Shown here: positions 1 through 9,700 of the stretch, one piece after another
How positions within the stretch are numbered: position 1 is the stretch's first letter
How the letters are laid out: each line of letters starts with the position of its first letter
Assembly: GCA_963667845.2 (NCBI GenBank)
Contig: CAXXVL010000002.1
Location: 320,001-384,000 of the forward strand
Source of the DNA: Smithellaceae bacterium
GTDB lineage: Bacteria > Desulfobacterota > Syntrophia > Syntrophales > Smithellaceae
Direction of reading: 5' to 3'
Length of the DNA: 64,000 bases
Notes under the pieces: generated by a model
What the model was told of the DNA's origin: nothing
Seen by the model: the letters and a program-made list of their open reading frames with translations, nothing else
Database searches by the model: none
Program-made: the position numbers and the translations under genes

Positions 1-367
1 TGAAGAGTGCGACGTGTTCTTCGTTGATGAGCGTCGCATTGGTAAAAACGGAAACCAGGAGCCCCCTGCGCCGAAGCCCGGTGTAGATCTCGGCAAAATC
101 AGGGCGCAACAGCGGTTCGCCGCCGGTGATGAGACACCACATGGCGCCGAGATTAACCGCCTGTCGGGCAATCGCGTCGATTTCCGCGGCGGAGAGTTCA
201 TGCGCCTGCGCATCCCGATCACCTGCCGGCACGTTGATGTAACAATGGCGGCAATCGCAGTTGCAGCGCGCCGTGATCTCGATATCAAACGAAAGCGGAG
301 CGCTCTTGGCTTTGAGCCTCTCCCAGAGCGGAAATTCTTTGATCTCGATGGCATGGGACTCGGGCAT
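1..367 (-). CDS. Radical SAM protein (5' part; runs off the window edge; absent from the ORF track)
   Basis: Manual translation from ATG at 367: MPESHAIEIKEFPLWERLKAKSAPLSFDIEITARCNCDCRHCYINVPAGD...CLITGGEPLLRPDF...VFTNATL. Has CxxxCxxC and GGEP; paralogous to 2013..3260. Confidence 0.9.
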   Translation of the reverse strand, partial: MPESHAIEIKEFPLWERLKAKSAPLSFDIEITARCNCDCRHCYINVPAGDRDAQAHELSAAEIDAIARQAVNLGAMWCLITGGEPLLRPDFAEIYTGLRRRGLLVSVFTNATLINEEHVALF

Positions 368-388
368 AAAATAATCCCTTCAGTAATT

Positions 389-1300
389 CTATTTAAGAGA
401 AGCAGGAAATGTAGGAATCGTTCGCAGAAGGCTCACGCCTTCTTCCTTTGACGAATCATCCTTTTGCAAAATGGCTTGGGCTTTCCTTTGCAGCAAAACG
501 GTGAGACCCGCGCCGCGGTAGCGCGCACTCACAAACGACTCCTCCACCCGCCACCGACCGGCGGCTTCACGCGAAAGCGAAATCCAGGCGGCAGGCTCGG
601 ACGAACCGTTCAAATGTAAAAGCAGCGTCCAGCGCTGCACGGGGCGTCCCCGCCAATCCTTCTGCACGCTGAAGGTTTCCGGCGACAGTTGGCGATAGAC
701 CGCATCACCCAGGGCGGGCATCGGCAGACGGACCTTGTAGGAAATTTGCGGATGGGCAAGATGCAGCCATATCCTCATGATCCGCCGGTAAAAGGCCTTC
801 GTCTGCATCTTCGGCAGCAGATCCGACCAGGCCAGAGTGATCCGCATCCGCAGCTCGATCATTTTAAGCCGCAGACCAAAGTAAAGACAGAGCGGCCACG
901 GCGGTGCTGCGCGTTGAAACGATACCGGTTTGCCTGCGCGCTCGATGGCCACGACAACGCCGAGCAGGTCTTCCTCAAAGGTGGGCCCGTCGCTGTCGTC
1001 GGGTGTGCGGTCCTGCCGGGTAACAATGTAGGCGCGTCCTTCCTCTGAGCCCCGGGCCGCGACACGGTGGCAAAACAGATGGGTGGGCCGCCGGCAAACA
1101 ACAACGTCCCCTACCGAAACGTCAGCCGCGGCGCGCGACTGAATCCGCAGAATATCCCCCGGACGAATGGCCGGATACATGCACGTCCCCTCGGCGCGGA
1201 AAGTTACACCATCCCGGTCGGCCAGAACCCGGCCGATGTCCAGAGAAGCCCCGACGAGACTCTTTGCCGCCTGATTATTTTTATAGAGATCCTGAGACAT
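389..1300 (-). CDS. S24/S26-like peptidase domain fused to a C-terminal GNAT-like domain
   Basis: FRAEGTCMYPAIRPGD...GDVVV...HRV resembles the S26 GxSMxP..GD/HRV motifs; C-terminal FVSARYRGAGL resembles GNAT motif A. Confidence 0.65.
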   Translation of the reverse strand: MSQDLYKNNQAAKSLVGASLDIGRVLADRDGVTFRAEGTCMYPAIRPGDILRIQSRAAADVSVGDVVVCRRPTHLFCHRVAARGSEEGRAYIVTRQDRTPDDSDGPTFEEDLLGVVVAIERAGKPVSFQRAAPPWPLCLYFGLRLKMIELRMRITLAWSDLLPKMQTKAFYRRIMRIWLHLAHPQISYKVRLPMPALGDAVYRQLSPETFSVQKDWRGRPVQRWTLLLHLNGSSEPAAWISLSREAAGRWRVEESFVSARYRGAGLTVLLQRKAQAILQKDDSSKEEGVSLLRTIPTFPASLK

Positions 1301-1362
1301 AAACCGGAATCCGTAAACTACCCGGGTGATCCGCCCGGGGGAAAGCCACCCGATTGGTCATT

Positions 1363-1668
1363 CTATTCCTTTTGCACGAGAATGCCGCGCCGTGTCAACT
1401 CGCCTGCAAAACCCAGAACATCGGCTTCGAGTTCACCACGTGAGCCTTCAAACGTTTCCGCCAGCAGTGCCGCCACTTCCCTCAAGGTCCTGCGACCGTC
1501 CAATTTCTGCCAAATGGCCTGCCCGGTCTCATTGAGCGTATAGAGTTCATCCTCCTCGTCACCGATGCCGGCTACCAGGGGAATGATCACAATTTCATCT
1601 TCGATAGTCCTCGCCACCACGTTTTCCGAGCACGCGCACACGGTATCCAGGTTGAGCTGGGTCGCCAT
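1363..1668 (-). CDS. PqqD family protein (RiPP recognition element)
   Basis: VVARTIEDEIVIIPL...LYTLNETGQAIWQKLDG.RTLREVAALLAETFE...EADVLGF is a typical PqqD/RRE pattern; start at 1668 or 1686. Confidence 0.9.
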   Translation of the reverse strand: MATQLNLDTVCACSENVVARTIEDEIVIIPLVAGIGDEEDELYTLNETGQAIWQKLDGRRTLREVAALLAETFEGSRGELEADVLGFAGELTRRGILVQKE

Positions 1669-1715
1669 AAACTTGCCCTTTCCCATTAATTCTCCGTCGG
1701 TCCAATTCCGCAGCA

Positions 1716-1745
1716 GCCGTATATCCGCAGCCGCGGGTATACGGC
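1716..1745 (-). terminator. Stem-loop just downstream of the precursor peptide gene
   Basis: GCCGTATATCCGC-agcc-GCGGGTATACGGC, 13-bp stem with one mismatch; no clear U-tract. Confidence 0.55.
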
Positions 1746-1762
1746 CCACTGCGAACCAACGG

Positions 1763-1948
1763 TTATGACCGGTAACAATCATAACAGGCCGGCATTGGCC
1801 CCGTTACGCAATTGTAAGAACCCCTCGACGGCCCGGATGTCGGGGGATTGGTGCAGCCCTTACAGCCCATGAGCACGGTTTCTTCGGGTTTGCTCCTCAC
1901 CAGAGCAATCAGCTCCGGTTTCACCCACTGTTTGTTATCTTTTTTCAT
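1763..1948 (-). CDS. Putative Cys-rich RiPP precursor peptide (61 aa)
   Basis: MKKDNKQWVKPELIALVRSKPEETVLMGCKGCTNPPTSGPSRGSYNCVTGPMPACYDCYRS; AGAGGG RBS; WxxPxL leader motif; lies between the rSAM and PqqD genes. Confidence 0.8.
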   Translation of the reverse strand: MKKDNKQWVKPELIALVRSKPEETVLMGCKGCTNPPTSGPSRGSYNCVTGPMPACYDCYRS

Positions 1949-2012
1949 TTTATCCCTCTTTGATGATGCTGCAAATTCAATGAACATTTGTTGTCGATTG
2001 ACAATAGAACGC

Positions 2013-3260
2013 CTACCTTGCCGAACGTTCGCCGTTGATTCTTTCCCGCCAGTTCATCACCTCCCATCCATATTCGTCCTGGCGCAGCCAACCGATATAA
2101 CGTGCCTGCGCGTGCGCCATCTCACATAAATACTCGACCGGCGTGTCCAGTGTTCCATGCTCCGTCCACGATTTTGCCGGGCATTGTTCACACAGCCCTT
2201 TAAGAAAGCATCGCGCGCAGCGCCGCAGATATTCAGGATGAGTCGAGGAGAGATCGTGGATTCGGGAGAAGTGGGACAGGGCGTCTTTTAGGCCGGTGAA
2301 TTGGCCGCTCGTTTCCGATGCGCAAACGCCGGGAACAGACTTTCCTTTCTGAAGGGAGGAGAATTCAGACATCAGATTGACCGTCCATTCCGGTGCACGG
2401 ATTCCCATGCACGGCTGGGCGCATCCGTAAGCATCAATACACAGGTTGCATCCTGCACCGCAACTGAACAGTTTGCCTCCGGACGTTCCCATAAATCTTG
2501 CGGCAAATTCCTCCATGCTTCGCCTGTAGTTTACCACATCACGGGTCAGTATTTCCAGAGAATCGCGCGGGGATAAACGAAGCGATCGAATGCGGGTATT
2601 CTTCTCTTCGTCGTCGCGTCGACTCCGCAAATCAAGCGACACCACGTAACTTGGAGACCGTCCGGCCATCCGCGGGATTGTTTCCGCCCATGCTTCAAAT
2701 TCGTCCATTTCAGGCCTGTTTTGCGGCAGGATCACCCATTTGACGACCAGCGGAACATTGCGCTCCAGTAATAAATGGATGCCGCGCTGATACCGGGCAA
2801 AGGAACCGGGGGAACGGGTCACGGCTTCGTAGGATTCCCGATGCATTCCGTACACCGTGATTTCGATCTCCGTGAGCGGAGGAATGCGCACAAAGAGATC
2901 GGCAAGTTCCGGTGTCACGAGACACGCATTGGTAAACAGCAACACCTTCAGGCCCAGCCGGCGCGCGTAAATGTAGAGCTCTGGAAAATCTTTCCTGAGG
3001 AGCGGTTCTCCGCCGGTGAATCGCACTTGCAGGCATCCCAGGTCGACGGCCTGCCGTAAGAAACCTTCGATCTGTTCCGTCGTCACTTCGCGGGCCAGGG
3101 CCTGAGCGTCGTTGGCCTTGCGGTGGATGCAGCAATGAATACAATCATTGTTGCACCGCTCGGTCAATTCCAAGTCCAGTTGTTCGAAGCGCGGCCCGGC
3201 CTTTTTCCACAAAGGCGTCCGGTCCAGCCGGCGCTTCACGACATAAATTGAGTCCGCCAT
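2013..3260 (-). CDS. Radical SAM/SPASM domain peptide maturase
   Basis: CNNDCIHC and TGGEP; SPASM cysteines FSCGAG...QPC...CARCFLKGLCEQCPAKS...YLC. Confidence 0.92.
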   Translation of the reverse strand: MADSIYVVKRRLDRTPLWKKAGPRFEQLDLELTERCNNDCIHCCIHRKANDAQALAREVTTEQIEGFLRQAVDLGCLQVRFTGGEPLLRKDFPELYIYARRLGLKVLLFTNACLVTPELADLFVRIPPLTEIEITVYGMHRESYEAVTRSPGSFARYQRGIHLLLERNVPLVVKWVILPQNRPEMDEFEAWAETIPRMAGRSPSYVVSLDLRSRRDDEEKNTRIRSLRLSPRDSLEILTRDVVNYRRSMEEFAARFMGTSGGKLFSCGAGCNLCIDAYGCAQPCMGIRAPEWTVNLMSEFSSLQKGKSVPGVCASETSGQFTGLKDALSHFSRIHDLSSTHPEYLRRCARCFLKGLCEQCPAKSWTEHGTLDTPVEYLCEMAHAQARYIGWLRQDEYGWEVMNWRERINGERSAR

Positions 3261-3282
3261 GTCACACCTGATGGATCTTTTT

Positions 3283-3882
3283 TTAATTTATGCCGGGCCG
3301 GAAGCTTTTGGCGATCTTCTCAAACACCGGCAAGCCATCCGGAAAAACCGTCTTGGACGCGCTCAAGTGAAGTACGTAAAAGCCTTCTTTTGCCGGCATC
3401 ACATACTGTTTCTCCACAAGCGCCCTGCTCTCGTCCGACTTGCTCTGCGGATGCAGGTATACCATTCGCTCGCGCGAAAGTTCAAAGCCTTTGCGCCCAC
3501 CAATGTTTATTTCTTTAACCGGCCCATAATTCTCCCTGGCGTTCCGGGTCTCGCCCAGCACGTTACTGGAATTTCTCCTGATATAGTCTTCGTAGCTGTT
3601 GAAATCCTCGTTGTCCCGGGCATAATAGGAAACATAAATAGAGGCGGACCCCTTCACGAGCTGTATCTCGTATATCTTGTAGTCTTCATCTTTGTCTTTG
3701 TCCCGTATCAGCTCCCAGTCCTCCGGGATGTCACAGGAGAAATAATTTTTATCCATGACATAGCGTTGATAGGGCTCCCCGGCCGTCACGCAGATGGTCA
3801 CGGCGAAAATGGCCGCCAGAAAACTGCTGATCCCCACCAGCGCCTTTTTGATCTCACGATGCCGCCACATAAAATTCTTCAT
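3283..3882 (-). CDS. Exported hypothetical protein (PsbP/DcrB-like fold possible)
   Basis: N-terminal hydrophobic segment, FSCDIPEDW, ends FEKIAKSF; start uncertain (3870-3897). Confidence 0.6.
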   Translation of the reverse strand: MKNFMWRHREIKKALVGISSFLAAIFAVTICVTAGEPYQRYVMDKNYFSCDIPEDWELIRDKDKDEDYKIYEIQLVKGSASIYVSYYARDNEDFNSYEDYIRRNSSNVLGETRNARENYGPVKEINIGGRKGFELSRERMVYLHPQSKSDESRALVEKQYVMPAKEGFYVLHLSASKTVFPDGLPVFEKIAKSFRPGIN

Positions 3883-3913
3883 AAGCCTGATCATCATACA
3901 TTTAAGGATGAAG

Positions 3914-4360
3914 TTACTTAACCGCGCGGATGTCCAGTTGATATCCATCCGGGATGACAATGGTAACCACGACTTTACGATTCACGTTTTCGTTGGTAAA
4001 GGACTTAATGAAGACCGGCTGAGAATAAATGGTCGCCTTGACCGGTTTATCCGACGGACAAAACATTTTTGTCTGCGTCAGCCACGCATCAAAAAAGTAT
4101 TGATCATGCCAGCCATCGCCTTCCCCGGAAACCCGGACGTTCGAAAGAGAAATAGAGCGCGTATTGCAGTCATCCACCATTATTTCTTTGGACAACCGGA
4201 CTTCCACCCCTTTGACATTTTCCGCCGTGACAATCTTTGTAACATAAGCCCGGCGTGCGTCTGCTACTTTAGAATTTTGGGCAAATACCTCGCCGTTGAT
4301 GAAAAGAAAAACAAGAATTATTCCCGCAAGCAACGTTTTTCCGACTGACAAGTTTTTCAT
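3914..4360 (-). CDS. Ecotin-like secreted protease inhibitor
   Basis: Signal peptide; VDDCN...GWHDQYF...TKMFCP...IVIPDGYQLDIR parallels ecotin VDCN...GWGYDYY...TMMACP...VVYTPD; GGAG RBS before 4360. Confidence 0.6.
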   Translation of the reverse strand: MKNLSVGKTLLAGIILVFLFINGEVFAQNSKVADARRAYVTKIVTAENVKGVEVRLSKEIMVDDCNTRSISLSNVRVSGEGDGWHDQYFFDAWLTQTKMFCPSDKPVKATIYSQPVFIKSFTNENVNRKVVVTIVIPDGYQLDIRAVK

Positions 4361-4414
4361 TTTATTCTCCACAAAGAGCTGACGGCTCCGTCCGCCCATG
4401 GTCAGATTCAAAAC

Positions 4415-5623
4415 TTATTTTTTACCGGGGTCAGCCATCCGGCCCATGAACAAAATGGTGCCGCTTAGCCTGTCCCGGATCATGAAGAAGAAGGGATGAT
4501 CCGCACGAAACTCAGGATTAAACGGCATCGATTTCGTCGCCATCTCCACGGCCGTAGCGGCCGCCGCTTCCGTTCCTTCCTCGTTGACTTCGACAACGGC
4601 TTTATGTTTGATCTGCGAGATATAGAGGGTCCCTTTGCGCCACCCCATGCCGCTGAAATCCGCCTTCGACAGGGCAAACGCATCCTTCATGCCCATTTTC
4701 ATGCTGGGTGCAACCAGATCATAACCGGTGTCAAGCTTGAATTTCGGCAGATAGAGATTGATCTCCTCAGCCTCGCCGGCATCGAGTTTCGCCAACCATC
4801 CCGTCAGGTTTTGGATGGATAATTGTTTTTCCAACCCGGCCAAACCATCCACGGCCCGGGGTAGCATGACAACCATGGACAGATTGCGTCCCTCATACGG
4901 AATGTCCACCATCTGAAAATCGGCGAAGGTGAGCATTTTGAATTTGTCCTTTTGATGCATCAAAGGTACGGTGACGCGTTTAGAACTCGAAACCGTAAAG
5001 AGTGCGTCCGACGTGCGGCGCTTCTCAAACGGACTGGCCCAGATACCCTTGAAATAAATGGCGTTGAGCAGCACGCAGACGGAATTGGCGTCCAGCTCTT
5101 CCAGAATTTTTTCGATCTTTCCTTCCGTCTTCTTATTGACCCAGCCGTTGATGGCCGCGAGCCCTCCGCTGAAGATTTCGGCATCATAGTCGTCTTTCAA
5201 AATATTCTTAAACTCTTTGCTCACATCACCGCCGGTCAAAACCAGCGCATTGGCGATGTTCAGTTTCTGCCCGCTTTTTTGCGCAGTGGCGGTAAGCTTT
5301 TTGTTCAGCTTTTTGAATGCAGGATGCAGATCAGCCTGATCCAATGGAAAGTGCAAAACATCCTTCATTTCTTTTTCCGTATTCCCGCGTGCGCCGGCGT
5401 AAGTCATCCCCAGAGCGGACGAAATGCTGTAGGGCGAAAAGAAAAGATTGCCTTCTTTGGCGCCCAGTTCCCGATAAAGCTTAGCGGCAAAAGCCGTGTT
5501 TCCCTGCACAAGAGTTTCCTGCGATGAGGGCCCGGATGCAAAGGCCACGCCGGATTCGCAGTAAAACACCGCGGAAACGGCCATCAACAGGATGATCAAT
5601 ACCATGGACACGAAACGATTCAT
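4415..5623 (-). CDS. Secreted serpin (serine protease inhibitor)
   Basis: NLFFSPYSI, NAIYFKGIW, hinge EEGTEAAAATA, FRADHPFFFMIRD signatures; signal peptide. Confidence 0.96.
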   Translation of the reverse strand: MNRFVSMVLIILLMAVSAVFYCESGVAFASGPSSQETLVQGNTAFAAKLYRELGAKEGNLFFSPYSISSALGMTYAGARGNTEKEMKDVLHFPLDQADLHPAFKKLNKKLTATAQKSGQKLNIANALVLTGGDVSKEFKNILKDDYDAEIFSGGLAAINGWVNKKTEGKIEKILEELDANSVCVLLNAIYFKGIWASPFEKRRTSDALFTVSSSKRVTVPLMHQKDKFKMLTFADFQMVDIPYEGRNLSMVVMLPRAVDGLAGLEKQLSIQNLTGWLAKLDAGEAEEINLYLPKFKLDTGYDLVAPSMKMGMKDAFALSKADFSGMGWRKGTLYISQIKHKAVVEVNEEGTEAAAATAVEMATKSMPFNPEFRADHPFFFMIRDRLSGTILFMGRMADPGKK

Positions 5624-5744
5624 CTTCTTCTCCTTCGATAGTATTCTTTCTTTGTCTTTCTTCTCGTCTTACCAAATCACCTCTGACTCTAATTCTTAGA
5701 CAGCCGCGAATGCGTTTTTGTTCCCGCAAAAGGAATTTTTTTGC

Positions 5745-6113
5745 TCACCATTTCGTCTGCATGATTTCCTGACGCTTTTGCCGGTATTCTTCTTCCGTAA
5801 TCAGCCGGTCCTTTTTCATCCTCGTAAGAGAGCGCAGTTTTTCTTCAACGCCCGGGCCGCTGCCCGGCACCTCCAGATCAATTACCTCTAGGGCAGCGGA
5901 GGAAGCCTTGCGCGACATCAGATTGTAAACATAATAAGCAATAATGAGGATGACGATCAGCAGCCAGAAGACCATAAAGATTCCTCCGAGGTCGCTGCCG
6001 GCTTCCTCAAGACGCGAAAAGAAGAAGATCCCGAAAACAAACATCAACCCCGCGGCGATGATTCCGATGATGGATGCCGTTTTGCCCGGCCGCACATAAG
6101 CTTTTGGACTCAC
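5745..6113 (-). CDS. Two-TM membrane protein with SHOCT-like tail
   Basis: Two hydrophobic helices; LITEEEYRQKRQEIM. Confidence 0.75.
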   Translation of the reverse strand: MSPKAYVRPGKTASIIGIIAAGLMFVFGIFFFSRLEEAGSDLGGIFMVFWLLIVILIIAYYVYNLMSRKASSAALEVIDLEVPGSGPGVEEKLRSLTRMKKDRLITEEEYRQKRQEIMQTKW

Positions 6114-6184
6114 AATGTTGAACCTCCGCTTTCCATAATAATCAGAAAGATATCCTCTTCTGATAAGTTTCCGATGCTCCCGTC

Positions 6185-6308
6185 TTAACGCACGTCGAAC
6201 AACCGGCTGTCTTTGCCGAAGTTGACGATCTACGGCGTCTGGTGCCGATTCCGTTGGGCCCGGCCATAGCGATCACGCACAACGCGATCCAAGTGATTTG
6301 GTTTTCAT
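6185..6308 (-). pseudogene. Relic of a deleted caspase-family paralog
   Basis: 6241-6185 reads QTP*IVNFGKDSRLFDVR*, matching the C-terminus QTPVIINFGKDSSLFMVR* of 6763..9774. Confidence 0.7.
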
Positions 6309-6526
6309 ATTTGCCTCTTCTCCTGAATGACGATCTTCTGTTTCTTTCCGATGACCCGATAAAGTATCATGCCCGGAATATTTAGAAAGATGAGCACAAG
6401 AAGCCAGACAATCTTGTCGTTCCCTTCAAACTTGCTTTTCAGGATATCAATCAGTGAAATAACCCAGAACGGAAGCGCCAGAATACTAATAACAACCACA
6501 AGAACTATTACTTCGTATATTCCCAT
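6305..6526 (-). CDS. PLDc N-terminal domain small membrane protein
   Basis: WVISLIDILKSKFEGNDKIVWLLVLIFLNIPGMILY pattern; AGGAGG RBS. Confidence 0.8.
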   Translation of the reverse strand: MGIYEVIVLVVVISILALPFWVISLIDILKSKFEGNDKIVWLLVLIFLNIPGMILYRVIGKKQKIVIQEKRQI

Positions 6527-6762
6527 CGTATGTAACCCTCCTGTTTTTTCGGTTTGACAAGCCTGCAACGGCAAAAGTTCCACAATTATTTTTTATTTTT
6601 CACAAGTGCCGCTATAGCTTCCCAAAAATATTAAGTTTTTAATCCCGCTCACGCGGGACGAGCCTTAATTCACTGTCGCTTGCTGCGAAATAATGACGCT
6701 CATTTCACACCTCGACAGCTTGCTGAGAGGTGGTTGATTCGATTTCGCGCCTCTCACGCCCC

Positions 6763-9700
6763 CTAGCGCACCATGAATAACGAGCTGTCTTTGCCGAAAT
6801 TGATGATCACCGGCGTCTGGGGATGGCCGAGTTTTGAGGAAATCTCCGTGGTCATTTCCCGGGAGTAGACCCCCAGACTTTTAACCGTCACGGAACCACT
6901 CTTGTCTTTATCCACCGCCGTAGAGTTTTTTAATCCGGCAAGAAGAGTATGCGTATAGAGGCCGTTTCCCTGATAGCCATCCAAAGCAGTCTGAACCGAT
7001 CCCGCCGAGGCATAGATGTGCAGCCCCATCTTTTTAGCTAGCACCGACATCCGGGCATCGTACAGGCCGCTGACAATGTTATCCACCCCGCCCGCGTGGC
7101 AGGTATCAAAAATGAAAAGCTGGGACAGCGCTTTGATCTTTTTGGACATCTCGACAATCTCGTTGGAGCTGATCAAGATCTTCTCCGTATCCAAGGGACC
7201 TGCGAAGCCGGCGGTAACGATGTAGTACTGGCTTTGTAAAAGCAACCCGTGGGAGGCGTCAAAAAAGACGAAGCTGTCGCCGTGTTTTACTATGGCTGCC
7301 AGTTTAGCGATGGCGGCCAGAATATTTTGCTTGCCCGCCTGTTCATTGACGAGCGTGGTCAGATGAATGTTGGACGGCGGGTAGATGGTCTTTGCCTTTT
7401 GGGCCAGCCCCGTTGTGAAGTCCCGGGCGTCCTTCGCCGCATATTTCAAATTAATGGAAGCATCGCGATACCGGTCGATGCCGATGGCCAGAATATACAG
7501 GTGCGGCGCCGCCGGCGCGCGGGTGGACGTGAAGTTGGCGGTAGCCATCACGCTCTGCACCGTGTTGGGAGCGTTGAAAGCGGTAAGTCCGATCTCATTT
7601 TCGCCGGATATCGTTTCCAGCTCCACACATTCATCAACCGACGCGCCCTTGGCCCGGAGCACGTGGGCGCCGGGGCTTAGCTTCTCCTTGATGGAGAGCG
7701 ACCGCATATCCTGGTACAATGCCCGGCTGTTGACGGAAGCAAGCGTCAGAGATGCCGCTTCGCTCTTTGCCGCAACTTCCCGGTAGAACCCATCGGACTT
7801 GACGAGCTTGCCGTTTTGAAACAGGCGGACCTCGCCGATGCCGCCGCCGGTGCTCGAAATCTGATAACAGACCTTCATCCTGGAATCGCCGGTCTCGGCT
7901 GGAACCGCGGAAAACCTGACCGTCGGCGGCGGATTGTTGATCGCCTCCTCCACCGTCAATGTGACCAGGCCCGTAATGTCCTCGCCTTTGAGTTTGGCCA
8001 ATACGATGTCGGGGCGGTAAAACACGTCATAGAATTGGTCGATCCCGTATACTTTGCTGCCCCGGCGAATGTTGAGATATTCATGCCCGCGGGCCGAGGA
8101 ATTGTAGTATCCTTCCTTCGTGATCACGATCCATTCGCCGTTGCCGAAGGCAACAAACTGCCCCACCTCCCTGCCGGCAGCCGTATCCCAGAACCTGACG
8201 GTCCCGTCGGAACTGCCGCTTGCGAGCCATGGGACCATATTGGTCACTGCCCCCGCATTGATCGGCGCCCGATGCCCGGCAAAACGAAGCCCCTTCCCGT
8301 CGGAGGCGTTGCTTATCAGACGAAAGGAGTTATCCCCGTTATCCGCAATCACCAGACGATCATCGGGTCTGCCCACAACTACGCGGCCATCCGATCCGCG
8401 CTGTTTATTGCCTTGCAGGTCGATCAGTCCTCCATCTTTCCCCGGAATCAGAACCGCCTTGCTGTCGGACGTAAATTGCAGAACCGCCGCCGTGCCTTTC
8501 ATCGGCACAATCGTTTTGCGCACCCAGTCTTCCGTGGAAAAGAGTTCAAGTTTATTCAAAGTGGAAAGCGCAAAATGAGCGCCGTCCGGCGAAAAGACAA
8601 ACATCACCGACTGCGGACGGGTTGCCGAGTCAACCGGTATGGATTTGATAAGCCCGTTATCCGAACTCCAGACATCGACACTGAACCGGCTGCTTTGGTC
8701 CGCTCCGAAACTGGCCACAGTATGGCCCAGCGGCGATACAGCCAATTTTTCAATAAACTGTTTTGTCCTGAAGGATTTTTGCTGCTGTCGAACGATATCC
8801 ACAATTGAAATAACGGTTCGCTTAGGATCGGCCAGGGCCGCATAGGCGCCGTTGGGCGACAAACCGGATACCGCTGCCCGATAGGTTCTCGCCAGGGATC
8901 CCTGCTGATAATTCCAGACTGCAATCGTCTGCGAGGCATCTCTGGCCGCCATGAGCGGACTGCCCTGGATAAAAGCCACCTGCACTATCCAGTTCCCTTT
9001 ACCGATGGAGGCGAATACTTCAATCTCGTTGCTGTCGCTGCGCGTCTTGGCCAGCAGTTCATCGATGTGCTCTTTGCGTGACGGCCGCGAAACTTTGTCC
9101 ACTTCCCGGCCGCCGTTGAAAAGGATGACCGTCGGCAGGATTCCCGAAACGCCATAGCGATTGACGATATCAGCGCTTTTATCGATATCGATGCCGACGA
9201 TTTTAACGTCGGGATACTTCTGGCTGGCCTCGCGCATGATCGGCAGATACATTTTGCAGGGCACGCACCAGTTGGCATAGAAATAGGCCAGCACCGGCTG
9301 GTCGGACTTCAACACCTCCTCATCAAAGCGCGAACTTTCAACGGTCGGAAAATCGCCCAATATATTTGAACCCCGGGAGGGTTGACCGGGACGAACCGGT
9401 CCCCGTGCAACAGGAGCACTCTTCAGAGTGTAGCTGATCTCCCGGCGATCCTTACCCCGCGCAATGAGCAGTTTAATCTGATCGCCGGACTGGTAAAGCC
9501 TCATGACCTCTTGCAGATTGGCCGGCATCTTGATGGTCCGGTCATCAACCTTCAAAATGACATCACCGGGCCGCAACTCGCCCGCGGCCGACGCCGAAAC
9601 GACGTAGGCGCCCTCAGGCGTTTCCATACCGATGAATTGCGCATATTCGGCCGTTACAGCCTTGACCATCACGCCCAATGACGCCCGCTCGGCCGCACCA

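Noticed and set aside
14..451. 145-aa plus-strand ORF
   Set aside because: Antisense shadow of the radical SAM gene starting at 367 on the minus strand
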